This document shows positions 19,525 through 32,400 of a stretch of DNA of 64,000 bases, piece by piece (position 1 is the stretch's first letter; every line of letters starts with the position of its first letter). The position numbers were made by a program, and so were the translations under genes. Source of the DNA: Dudresnaya verticillata (taxonomy: Eukaryota); NCBI GenBank assembly GCA_977862235.1, contig OZ374564.1, positions 434,001 to 498,000 on the forward strand. Direction: 5' to 3'. Below the pieces are notes generated by a model. That model searched no databases and had not been told where the DNA came from. It worked only from the letters and a program-made list of their open reading frames with translations.

Positions 19525-22500
19525 ATCGGTTCAAGCGTAAAACAGCAAACGTGACTGTAGCAGAGAGTCTTAATTGCTGCATGCTAGACGAAAGGACATG
19601 CCTGGCGTCGCAACCAGAGGGCAGAAACATCCTATCACACTGGTGCATTCTAAACAAGCGAATGTGACCGGCATCTCAATGATAGGGCAGACGCACCCGA
19701 TCTCAAGTTGCACCGAGACGCATTCCCTCTTGACCTATGCTATAGCGGGAACAGACTCCTGGACATATCCATCATTCCTCTGGTGTTTCGCCGGATACTA
19801 ACCTTACCATATACCACGGAACGCAGTCCAGGGGCTTTATTGTTAGATTACTTTGAGAAGGAACGTTATTCATTCCATCGAAGTCCTGGACAAGGGCTCC
19901 TGATCCCATCAAAGGCTCCTCGCGCGGGCTGCCCGTGCCTCTTATAATAATAAACATTCCGCAGAGCTCGTTTTCCATACATGCATGTACCGTGTCAACA
20001 ATACGCAACTATCTTCACCTCGTTTAGTAATATCGCTGTGTTGAGCGGTAAACCTTACTCTCGGGTTACAATTTCGTATGAACGTGCAGGTAAGTTCGTA
20101 GACCGTGCAGAAGTAAACTACTAGGAGGTGCCATACTGGAAAGTGAACTCAACAGTTTTACAGCTTCGCAGAGCTTCAACTTGCAGCTGGCAATATTGTT
20201 CTCTCTGCACTGCATCGACTCCATTTTCTCATCGCTGCTGCAGCTGCTAAATTCCTGTCTAATCACCTGTCTAAACACCTGACTTTGTCAACTTCAGAAA
20301 GTGATTGCAAGGAAAACACTTGCACCGGCTCGTGCCTCTTGAGCAAATCCGTGCCCTACTTGTACTCTCCTGAAAAAAAGTCGTACCTAGAACCTAATCA
20401 TCACGCCTTCCGCTACCCCACCATAGAGATCGTCCCACGCGCTTGACACTGTTTCTGGAAAGACCTAACAGATACGCAAAAATTAGCTTGGTTCCGTCAA
20501 GCATAATAGCAAGAGAGTCAGTATGCATGGATATACCACCTTCTCGAACATCATAGGAATAGACAGAGGCGGGAGGTAGTTCCAAAAAAAAAAGAAACCC
20601 GTCGACCACCACCAAAAAGTACGGATCTTTTCTAGAAACACCCATGCGACATGGTGACCAAGGGCTTGTGCTGCTTTCAAGCTTCCTTTTCGTAATCTAG
20701 ATAGCATGACATTGTCTTATTTGGGATTTCTTACCTCTTCCTTCTGTGTCATCACGCTGCAGCAAATTGCTTTACTGTGTGTCGTAAACTACGAGCTCGA
20801 TACGACGGTCCTCCTGAAAGCATCCGAGATCATCGATATTGAACCGGGACCCGCAGTCACTGCTACTTAATGCAGCAATACAACCAGTAATTGTTTTGTT
20901 CCATTCACTGAGACTTCTTAAATAAGCTATTAGAGAAACAACGAATCTAAAACTGCATTCCATCCACTGGGCAAGTAGTCTGCAAAGCTCTCGCCGTAAA
21001 AGTCGTGATGTCTTTGTGATGCTCTAGTGTCACGAAGTCACCAAGACATTACAGACTCTGCATATTCTTTCTTTCTGAAGTTTTGAAGCATAAAAAGCTA
21101 CCGAGAGCACGCAGTGCATCAGCAGGGTCTCGGCTCTTCTACGTCCACTTGACTCCTTCCAGAGTTTGAGACCTGGTTTGCACTGAGCTCTGTGTTAATC
21201 TGTTATTGTTACAAATGGCGTCCTCAGGGTAATTGGGCGATAGGACTCTGCCATAGCAGAGTTATAATAATATATTTTAAATTGCTTCCGGAAGGAATGG
21301 GCCGAATTGGTGACCTGTCGAAAGACTACGTTCGGTTATCTTTTTGCACAGTTATAGAACAGATGATCTGCAGTTTTTGCAACCAGATCTTACCGTTGTG
21401 CTTAACGCTATCGAAATGAGGAAATGGCCCTCTTTAAATGTAGAATACACCGGTCTACTGTTCAGGATGCGCGGGAAGCCTTGTAGCAAAACCGCAGAAA
21501 GTGCTACTGGCACGCCCAATTTAGGATAGAGGAGAACTGCAAGTCTTACTCACAGCATTCTGCTTGCCAAATAACTACCTTCAAGGTACATCTAGCAAGA
21601 ATTGTTGACAGGTGTCGAAAATTTTGATAATAGTCCTTTCTCGGAGTTGGCGGCCCACAGAAAGTACTAGCAGGGCGGGTCCTTATAAAACTCGTCTCAG
21701 TCATGTTCTTACGTTTATACTGAAATTCTGTTCCAGAGCGCATACTTTACAGTGTGTACCATAGCTCGTGGTGAAGAATAGAATGAGAGAAGACCGTTGC
21801 TAAACAGCATACGAAAGATTTATTGATTCTAAGTACACTCATGCACATCAAAGCTGAACATGTTGAACACGTGGTCATCAGGTGTAATGTAGAAAGCATT
21901 GTTTATTTATAATAGTACATCGCTTCTTGGCGTAAAGCTCTCCACATCTTTCAGCACCAATTCGGGCCCCCGAGCGACCGCCGGTGCGCACCTTACAACA
22001 AGTGTGGGCTGCAATTTCGGATTGGTGCATCATCTTTTCTTTGCTCCAAAATCGAAGATGTCATTATAAACTTTGAGCCGAGTCCTACCGCATGTATGGT
22101 TTCGATGGTAGATCTGCAGATATTCACAGCAGAGTAGGTACGAAATAATAATGGCAATCCGTTTGTTGCTTGTCTTGGTTTGACAGATGGCATAGTCTTC
22201 AAAACAGCCCCAGCACGGTTTGCAAATAAATGGCTTTAATAAATCATGTTATGCCGACACAGAACATATATTCTTGTTGTTTGTATCGACTTGGCGGGTT
22301 GACGCACTGTGAATTTGAAGCTCTTCAAAAGACTAAGTAAGAGTGGATAGGGAACAGGGACCCAACCCCGACGGCCATTCCCGTGAAGTTGCCCGGTAAG
22401 TTTGCGCACTGTAAACGGGCACTGGAAAGGCACTGTAGTCCATCCCTAATGGCCGATCAAGCTGAACGCACTACTCTTGACGCTGCAGACAATAACATTA

Positions 22501-25340
22501 ATCGCACTTTAAATGACGAAGCAATGTTTAAAGAAAAGGGCTCTGTTTAGAGTTAAACGTGACCAAATGCTGTGTAGCACTCGTAGTGCAAATCGCGGAG
22601 CTTCGGATGATGCCACTTCAGAGCTTAATGAATATTGTTACGAAAGTTAGAAGCAATGGGGCGTCGCGTAATTTGAAAGCGTGTGGTGCATTTCGCGAGG
22701 GGCATACTGGGCGGCTCAAGAGAGATAAACAAAGCAAAGAGTGGAGTACAAGGCTGGAGTTGGAACGTCCGAGCTAGCATTTTGTGTTAAGGCTAATTTG
22801 CGCTGCAGTGACACAACTGTTCGGGGTTGGAAGAGTGGAACTCATGGACGCAATGAAGCACTGGCACCAGCCCTCCGCAGCGCGCGTGCAGGCTGGTACA
22901 GTACAAGCACAGCAGAACGAATTGTCGATGCGCTCGGATTTCTCTCACTACGGCGTTCCAGTGCAAGTACACTTCAGAGGGTTGTCCTGAAGTTGGTGTC
23001 AATATGAAAACATTGGTTAGAAGCCGTTACTTCGCGTGAGTAGTGATGTAGACCCACATATACGGCACAGGCGGAAGCTATAAGAGTGTCACAGGTGGTC
23101 GGTCGTCAGTGCCATCGCGTAGACGAGTTTTAAAGATTTTACGTCTCAGCAATACACTAGCACTTTAACGCACGAAAGGCACAAAGCGATCTACCAAACT
23201 GAACGAATGGAGTGTAAGTCGAGAGAGCTTGGCACTTACCGATGGGTCTCCATGTCGACGGTGAGGTGTGGACCTGACGCCCGACCGATGCAACCGAAAA
23301 GGATCTCCGTGCACGCTCAACCGCAGCTTCAGTAACATTGCAAGGGCGGGGCACGCGCAGTGGCAGCGACGACGGTGAGTTATGCAATGTCGGTGCCTTT
23401 GTCTATTCGCTGTTCTTTCTTCGAATGTGAACTGAACCATTGGTATGGTAGAGCAGCATGCGACAGGTACAGTAGGAGCGTAATTTCGGATCTAGGGACA
23501 GTATCCAGTACAGAATGAGGTTCCGTTCGTGATATGGTATTTGGTAACGCACCCACGGTTGAGGGATCAGAGGTTCAGTATGGCTTGCATGGCGGCTGTG
23601 TTGTTTTGCAGGGCCGATGAAACGACGGCGATGACCAGTTGCAACTGTTCCTCCAGCTGATGAGTGGACGGGACTAGCCTATACTGCTCAGCACCGGTTC
23701 CCGCGCGCTGATTTGCGTGTGTTCTGCGTGAAAGATCAGCGCGAAGCTGTTCTGACCACCCAAGCGGTAGCAAGTCTCCTGCATGAAGGCGGTAACAAGA
23801 AGGAATCAAAATAGATCTGGTAGCGGTTTGTTTGTGGACAGTTGTCAATTCTCACGCGCAGACCGGGAACGAGTGAGGTTCACAAAGGAAGAGGGTTTCA
23901 GGGAACAGCCTTTGCGTAACGAAGCGTAGGGAAGATCAAAGGGTGGATGGAACGTAGGGGGGCCGACAGCAGACGAACTTTCCACAATAACGGATTGTGC
24001 CCTACGCGCAACAGGTCGAAGCCGGAGTGCAAGAGAAGCTTCACAGCGGAGGTCGCGTGGTCATAGACAACAGCCTTCTACACCTCGACGGCGGCGCAGT
24101 GACGCGCGTGGTGGGGATTGCGTCGGGGAGGTGATGTCACTCAACAGGAGTTGACACAAGGATATGTTGCATGGGCGCCGCGCCATTTCGCAAGGTGGGA
24201 AGGGGGGGACAAACAAGGGGTAGGGTTGGCTTTTGGTGGGTGAGAAAGAGGGAAGGACACTGCCCTTGCAAAGGGCGAGTGATGCGGTTGGCCCGCATTT
24301 GCACGAGTATCCGGCCCGGACGGCGGTTCGGCGCCAGAGGCCAACGTGATTGGGTGATGCAAATGCACGGCAATACACCTTTGGGCCGACACGTCGTCCG
24401 CGGAGACACTGCGCAACACGCGCGAGTGTACAGTGCGTCACGCCGCCGCGTCGGCGTTCAAGCGCGCGGTCGCCCCTGATGTAACATTTAACCAACCGCA
24501 CGCACAGCGGGGACAGCCAGTGCCGCACTGGCGGCGGCGCGGCGCCAGGTGCGGCCGGCACCGCCGCCGCGCGCATACGGCCGCGCGCGCACGGCCGGAG
24601 AGACTACTTGGCACGCCGCACGTGGGCCGAGCAGGTCCGCTTGCGGCCATTGCCGCGCGCGTCACGTGCGCCGCGATCTGCCGCGCCCAATGGCCGCGCT
24701 CCCGAGGCGCGCGCGGCTTGTCGCGCGCCTCCCGTTGCGGCGGCGTCACGGGGCGCCAAAACGCGCGGCCGGGCCGCGAAAGGCGGCGGAGCGCCGGCGC
24801 GCGCGCAGAAGCCGCTGTGCGCCTCTTTTGGCATTTTTGGCGCGGCGCCGCCCCGAAGTTCGGTACTGTACGACCGCGCGGGCCGCCAGCGCGACGTGGC
24901 GCGCCTTGCAACACCACAGGTGGCCGCCCACGCCAGTGCAGCCGCTCTCGGGGGGGCCGCGCAGCCCGTTGCGTAAGCGCTGTTCACCGCGCCGCAGTTG
25001 CGCCAGCGTGACCCCGGCTGTCACCTTCGCCCCACCGGGCCTTGCCGACACTCCCTCCTTCTCGCGCCCCCCGGAGAGTCGCCTCAGAGCCACCGTTGCG
25101 CTCTCTTGCGATTTCCTTGTGCTCCCTTGCGCTACCGACCGCCGCCGTCGGACATCCCCCGCGTTGAGCCCGTCTGGATCTCCGCTGCACTGTTAGAGCA
25201 TTGTGAGAGCACCCTCCCTCTGTGTTGCACTCCGTTCTGCTTTGCTGGGGCCTTTCATCATGCTTCCTTCGCGCGATATTCCTTTCGCACCGCGTCACTT
25301 GCCCTCGCGAGAACCCCTCGCTCGGCCTAGCAGCAACCCA

Positions 25341-25346
25341 TATAAA
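25341..25346 (+). promoter_or_regulatory. TATA box of NRT2
   Basis: TATAAA(G) about 145 nt upstream of the ATG at 25486, downstream of a GC-rich island. Confidence 0.55.
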
Positions 25347-25485
25347 GAGACTCGCCGAAATTTCCCACTTCCCCGTCACTCAACCGGTTCGGACGCTTCG
25401 TACCGAACTCTTCCAGCTCTGCTGCACTGCCAAGCACCCTCCCTTCGGCTCCAGCAACCGCAGTCCCCACAGCCCGACTCCGAGA

Positions 25486-26970
25486 ATGGCCGACATCGAC
25501 ACAGTGCCGCCGCAGACTGGGCCACCGAGCCCAGACGCCACCCCTGCTGACCCTCCGAAAGCTGCGCTGGAGCCGAGGACCTTCCATCTTCCTACCGATG
25601 AAAATGACAAGGCAAAAGTTATTCGCATCTTCTCGTTCCGTCGTCCCCACATGCGTGCCTTCCATTTCGCATGGTTCTCCTTCTTCCTGGCCTTCTTCGG
25701 CTGGTTCGCCCTCGCCCCCCTTCAGAAGGGCATTCGTGATCGTGATGAAACTCCATGGCTGACTAATGAAAATTTCAAGGCACAGAATATTATCGCCGTT
25801 GCCGGCACTATCTTCATGAGACTGCTCATCGGCCCGGTCTGTGATCGCTTTGGCCCACGATTGGCTCAGTCTACTCTGCTTGGCGTCTTCTCCCTTCCGG
25901 TTTTCCTCGTCGGCACCTCCCAGAGCTACTGGCAGTGGGTCACCGCTCGCTTTTTCATCGGCTTTGTCGGAGCTACATTTGTCGTGACACAGTTCTGGAC
26001 ATCTGTCATGTTCTCCGGCAACATCGTCGGTACTGCAAATGCCACATCTGCCGGATGGGGAAACCTTGGTGGTGGTGTAACCAACGCACTCATGCCCCAG
26101 ATTTTCAACGGTATCAAGGCAACTGGCCAGAGTGAGGACAAATCCTGGCGTATCGCTATGGTCATCCCTGGTGTTGCGCTGCTTCTAACATCGTTCGCAA
26201 TGTACATACTGACGGACGATCTGCCGCAGGGTAACTATCGCGACTTGCACAAGGCAGGCACAAAGGAGAAGACCAACCCGTTTGTTGCAATGGGGAAGGC
26301 TGCCCTCAATTGGCGTGTGTGGATCTTGTTCATTCTATACGCCGGATGTTTCGGAGTTGAATTGATTATGAACGGTAACCTCGCGACCTACTTTGGAGAT
26401 CGCTTCGGGCTTTCGCAGGGTGTGGCTGGCCTTGTAGCTTCACTGTTTGGTCTTATGAACCTTTTTGCTCGTTCCCTTGGAGGAATCTTCTCTGATCTCA
26501 TGGCAAAGAAGTATGGCATGCGCGGGCGCCTGTGGGCGTTCTTTATTGTGCAGTTTGCTGAGGGCTGCTTCTTCGTCGGGTTTTCACGAATCGGGGTTAT
26601 CGGTGGTGCTGTACCAGTGCTGCTCATGTTCTCGCTCTTCGTGCAGATGGCTGAGGGTTGCACCTTTGGTATTGTACCTTTTGTCGACCCTACGGCAACA
26701 GGTGCGGTATCTGGTATTGTCGGAGCTGGTGGTAACTTTGGTGCCGTTACTGGAGGTTTGTTGCTGAACAGGAAGAAGGGCGATGAGGGTGATGGTGTTG
26801 CCAAAGGTTTCTTCATCCTTGGGTTCATCGTTATTGGGAGCTCGTTCCTTATTGCTCTCCTGTGGTGGCCACAATACGGTTCAATGTTTACGAAGCCTAC
26901 GGTTTCAACGAAGGTGATCGAGGAGGAAGAGGCTGAGACAGAAACAGAGACTGAGGCGACTGCAAATTAG
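25486..26970 (+). CDS. NRT2: High-affinity nitrate/nitrite transporter NRT2 (MFS, NNP family), 494 aa
   Basis: RPHMRAFHFAWFSFF.AFFGWFA, GPVCDRFGPR, nitrate signature MFSGNIVGTANATSAGWGNLGGG, FGLMNLFARSLGG, SGIVGAGGNFG. Confidence 0.96.
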   Translation: MADIDTVPPQTGPPSPDATPADPPKAALEPRTFHLPTDENDKAKVIRIFSFRRPHMRAFHFAWFSFFLAFFGWFALAPLQKGIRDRDETPWLTNENFKAQNIIAVAGTIFMRLLIGPVCDRFGPRLAQSTLLGVFSLPVFLVGTSQSYWQWVTARFFIGFVGATFVVTQFWTSVMFSGNIVGTANATSAGWGNLGGGVTNALMPQIFNGIKATGQSEDKSWRIAMVIPGVALLLTSFAMYILTDDLPQGNYRDLHKAGTKEKTNPFVAMGKAALNWRVWILFILYAGCFGVELIMNGNLATYFGDRFGLSQGVAGLVASLFGLMNLFARSLGGIFSDLMAKKYGMRGRLWAFFIVQFAEGCFFVGFSRIGVIGGAVPVLLMFSLFVQMAEGCTFGIVPFVDPTATGAVSGIVGAGGNFGAVTGGLLLNRKKGDEGDGVAKGFFILGFIVIGSSFLIALLWWPQYGSMFTKPTVSTKVIEEEEAETETETEATAN

Positions 26971-29459
26971 GAATGTTTGCTCGCGGGAAAGGAATGAAGG
27001 AAGGAGGGTACAAACGTTGCCTTTGTTTTGTAGCCGATCGGTTGGAAGCATTGCTTTTTATTTGTTAGATGTTGTGGATGCCCGAGTTAGTCCGGGTGGT
27101 GGCGTAGTGAGCTAGTTTTTCGCAGGCTGTCCTCCATGGGATGGTCGCGGGCATATACTGTTGAGGCATTGTTTCCTGACGCTCTGAGACGGCTCTGTAA
27201 TATAAAATTTATTCTTTTCCACAAGTGTTTCACGAGCTTGAAGCGTATGTTTTCTGGCAGAGTCGTTCGGTACAAGTATAGCTTGGCATCTGTGTTTTTC
27301 TTTTTTTTTTGTTTCTATTCTTTGCTGACGCGTATCGGTCGGCATCTCCTACAGTAGGGCCTATGCTGGCTACTCGGGACGCTATGGGGTCAGGAAGTGC
27401 TCTCCGAGCACAGGGTCGAGGGCAAGGATGGAATGAGATGACGAATGCAGCGCGTGAATGAATCTTGACAGTGGACCAAAGAGAGCGGAAGTTGTGCATG
27501 ATGCAAGACTGGATTTGAAAAAGCGATGCAACGCTGGTGGATCTGTGACGGGATCGGTGCGACTGCGGGACTGGCGAAAGTCGCACTGGATGGTGACCGA
27601 ATTTTTCAGGCATTGCGCTGGGGCTTCGCTTTCGTGATCTGCGCTGCAAGTGCGCGCTTTTGTGGTGAGCTTTGAGAGTGGCCCGACTGACGATTATAGG
27701 GCGACGGCAATCTGCGGCAGAAACGCACAGTTTTTGTAATTGTATCTCTCTACTAACTGTTCGGTACTGCGGTCTGGAACTGTGTTGCGCAGGGGCTGGA
27801 TACTGAGAGCTTTGGGAATGCGAGATGCATTGCTTTTTTCCTTCGATGCGGCAGGCTGCGTTCAACAGTAATAATACGTGCAATGCCCGCAAGTGACAGC
27901 AAGGGGCAATGCTCGCAGCATGCAAACGAGCACACCGACCAGACCAGAGCACACACGTCGCAACGGGGCGGGAGGAAGGAAACAAGCGAAAGGAGGTTGC
28001 GAAAGGGTGTCGCAAGCGGAAAGCCAATCCCGTGAGAAGGTACAGTACTGTAGGTGGTCACACGCGGCGACAAGCTTAAAAAGAAGAGAGCAATGCGCGC
28101 AAACACAGCAAGGAGACCAGACACGACGTAAGGTATACATCAAAAATCTCAACGACGGAGCAGCGACGATGATTCAGCATGCGAGCGCGGCGGCGATTGG
28201 CGCCGCGCAGCGGACAGATACGCCCGTTATCATTGCAAAAGCGCCGACGCGACGCGAGACGCACCCGTGACACAGCCGGCCATACCACGCGAGCCTTGCC
28301 GTTGTCAACATTTCCTACGCCAACCGCTGTGCCCGCGCGCACGCGCTGCGCGCCTGAGCCGGTCTGCGGCGCGGCAAGCGCGGCCCGGCGGTCCGCGCGC
28401 CGGGGCCGTTTCCGCGCAGTCACGCTCGGGGTCACGCGCGCGGTCCACGCGCGCGCGGCCAGTGAGGACGCGTTGTCATATCGGAGCGGGGTTGCGTGAT
28501 GCGGCGCGGCGCGGCATCGCTCAGCGCGCACCTCCGCCTTACATCATCGCGCGGCGCCGGAAACGGCGCGCGGCGTGGACGGACAGCTTGCGCGCGGCTT
28601 TCCGGGGGAGGCCTTTTTCGGCGCGCACTGTGCACCCAGAGCGCGGCAAACCGCGGTTGCGCGCAATCGGCACTGGCCATGCCCGCCAAGGCGTGGCTTG
28701 ATCCACGCCGGCGGTTAGGTCCGCTTGCATCCCTGCAAACGTCCTTGCCGTCCTTCGTTTCGCTGTTGGCTCAGGTCTCGCCGTAACTGCCCTTACGCCG
28801 ATCCTGCAGGGAACTCAAGCGGCCTGCAGACCGACTGGCTATGGGCCAAAGTCGTCGAATGCAGCGGATTGGCACTGCTTGCTCGTCAGTGCGGGTCCGC
28901 TCATGTACACTCGCTCGGTGAAGCATCATCGGGACGGTGATACACTCGCTGGGTGATATATCACCGCGACACAGATGGTGCTGCAACTTGTTGCAAGACA
29001 TTGGTTGAAAACACAACAATTCATGTAACAGTGCAGACAGAGCCTTGTACTGTACTAGAGACTACATCGTACAGTATAGTCGACAAGGTATTACATCATG
29101 TACTGTACTACCTTCTACTACTAAGGTACCGTCTCGTAGCTTCCCTACCTTACCTTCTCTACCTCTCAACGCCGAATACCGCGCCACTACCCGCAACATC
29201 TGTGAGAGTGTGCGCCTCCGCTGCGCCAACGGATCCCAGAAAGATCGTTGCAACCACACGTATTGTAGCATCGCTGCTGGACAAACCCGCCAGCTCGAGA
29301 ACAGTCGCGACTGTGCACTTTGCACGAGAGCAAGTTTAGCATGTAATACTCAATCGTTATGTTAACCAAATATTATTGACCCACTCCTTCCTACGTGTAC
29401 TGTTGTTACATCCCAACTCAACAGCTTTACGCCATTCGCCGTCTCGCCGTCTCCCTTCT

Positions 29460-32400
29460 CTAAACATCTACACCCTCCAATTCCGAGTCGACCGCTTCCA
29501 GCTCGTTCCTTATCTTCTCAAGCAACTGTGCGTCAGGATTCTCCCATATCCCTCTCCCTGCAGCCTCCAGAAATCGGGACAGACAGTTTCTGCATATCAC
29601 CAAAACAACAACAATAAAAAACAAACAAACAAAAAAGACAACGCATAGTGGTTAGAGCAAACAACACGAGCACGCTTGGTACAGTACTAGCCTTGCCGAC
29701 AGAGCAAAAATTCAACAACACGCATCGCCCGCTTACCTGAATGCTTCCGGTGACTTGCGCATGATCTCCCTATTCTTCTCATCGAGCACGTATCGCTCTG
29801 CAGCCTGCTCGAAAACAAAGTCATCCCCATACTTGGCCGTCCCGCCCCACCCGACGAGCGTCGTCATCCGCGATGACACTTCGAACGCTCCTCCAGCTCC
29901 ATTTGCAAGCATCTTGTCGGCCCATTTCGGGTTGAGAAGCCGCGTACGCAGTTCCATTCGCAGCACCTGTTCCAGTTCCTTTGGCTCGCGACCGGCCCCA
30001 CCATCGCGAGCCGCTCCAAACGACTCCACAACCGACGCTCCAATCTTTGATCCCTTGTTTTCCATTCTCGCCGCCCGGAGCAATGCCCCCGTGTTCGCAT
30101 AGTACTCCTGGATGTCACTCAACCCATACTCCACGCTGTCAATCTGCTGCACAACTCTCGACGTTGTGGAGAGCACCTTTCGCAATGTCGCCTCGCTTCG
30201 CGTGCCCTGGCTCTTCCTTCCATACACGTATGCATTGCGACTTACGTATGTGTTGGCGAGCTCATCACCATCCTCCCACGTCCCATCTGCCACTTGCTCA
30301 CTCACCATGGAGCCATAATCTGCGGGCGGATTTGAGAACAGCCGCGCCCCGGCATCAACCTCCTCACCAACACTCTCGGCCTCAACGCTCAAAGCATGCT
30401 TTCTGATAAAGTTTTGCTCTGTAACTTCATCTGCTTCCGCAGCCCGTCTGCAGAGGTCATCCAGAAGAAATACGACATGCTCAAATGAATCCCGGAAGAT
30501 GCCGCTGAGATTCAGAAGAACGTCTACCCGTGGCCGACCCAATTCTTCCAAGTCAATCAGCTCAAACCGCACCACGCGTCCGGTCCCGTCCAACACCGGT
30601 TTGGCACCAATCAGTCCAAGTGCAATCCCGACCGACTCACCCTTGGTCTTGATGTTATCCAACCCCCAAAGCGGGACTGCTATCGTTTCCGGATAGCTCC
30701 CTTCATTCGCATCACGATGCGCTTGGATAACACGGTCTGCGATAGCACAACCAGTCCTGAAGGCTCCTTGTGATGGCATTCGGTACGGATCTAAGGCATG
30801 AATGTTGGATCCAGTCGGGAGCACCCCAGCGCCATCCCGCAGCACATCTCCACCAGGTAGTGCCTCGATGAATTCACCATTGAGCCCGCGAACAATATTG
30901 TCGAGCTCATTGCGGGTATCTTGTAGCTTCTCAACAATGCGCTTTGCGTTTTCAACAAGTTCTGAAGCCATGAGCTCTTTGTCCTGAGTATCGGTCCAAG
31001 CTTTAGGTTCATCAACCTTGGATACATCCATAACAGAGGAGACAATACTTCTGGATAGACTTTCTCTCTCCTTATCCGGAAGCTCTCCCATCTGGTCTCC
31101 AAGCAGTCCATCCACAAAGCTGTAGGCTTCCTCGGGAGACGGGGTGCGTCCCAGCACATGCAAACCTGAAGAGAAGAGCCTGGTCTCCAACGTCTTCAGG
31201 TAAGAAGAGACTTCTCCGATAAAGTCAAGAGTGGAATGCTGCTTAAGATCAATGCCAAGGTCGACATTGAGCCCCGAGGTGAGCAGCTTTTCTTCGATTG
31301 CTGTTCGAATCTGTTCCGTCCGCTCCGTCGTCGTTCCACCGCTCTGCATGGCCTCATTGAACTCCCAGATGAGGTTTTTCAGCTCTTCGAGCTGGCCGTA
31401 CAGTGACGCACGGCCATACGGGGGGACATTATGCGACACAATGGTCGCATAGCCGCGACGCTTCGCTAATGAGCCCTCGCTTGGGTTGTTCACTGCATAA
31501 ACGTACAAATTGGGGAGGTTACCCATGAAGATGTCCGACCAATTATCCCCAGAGTTGCCCAGCGGATTTCCCGGGAGCCATTCGTACGTTCCATGAGTCC
31601 CAACGTGAACCGTGGCATCGGCCTGGAACCCGTGCTCCAACCACCGATAAAATGCGGCGTACTGCGGATGCGGGGTCAAGTCGCGCTCAAACATCATGCG
31701 CATAGGGTCCCCGACAACGCCCAACGGCGGCTGGACGCCAATCCACACGTTGCCAAGAAGGAGCCCGCCGAGCAGATGGCGCTGGTTGATGGTCTTGATG
31801 TTATTGGAGGAGCCCATGTCACCATTCCAAGACTTTTCAATGCGGTCCGTGTTGAGTGGGCCAATCCATTCTTTGAGTCTCCCCGACTCGACGGTGGTAA
31901 TTTCTTCAAGCGCCTGCCGCGACGCGACAGCGTCCATCTTCCCGCCCTGCATGACCTCATCGCGCTCCTTGACGAGTGTGAGCAGCTCGTCTGGCGTAAG
32001 ATTCGCGGCGTCACCGACGTCGTAGCCCTCCTCCCCGAGGCGTTTGAGAATAGCCGAGAGCGACTCGGGGACGTTGAGCAGCGCAGCCGTACCGGTAGCG
32101 CCAATGGACGGCGGGAAGCCATAGATGATGACGGCGACCTTCTTCTCGCTGTTGTGCTTCCTTTGAAGCGAAACCCATTTCTTGATACGGCCAGTGAGGC
32201 GCTCCACGCGGTCGCGGATGAGGAAGATCTCCTCACCCACCAGCCCGCCTATGCACACTGTGTCAATCGCGCCGTCCAGCTCTGGCAGGCTGTACAGCAC
32301 GACGCTCTGTAGCCCGGCGACGCCGTTCTTTCTCCACGACTCTAGGTCCTGGATGAGGAGTGGGGCCGCGACCACATATGGAACGTTCAATTGGCGCAGA

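Noticed and set aside
23567..23848. 93-aa minus-strand ORF ending in a helix-like segment
   Set aside because: Non-ATG start, no recognisable motif, and within the size expected by chance
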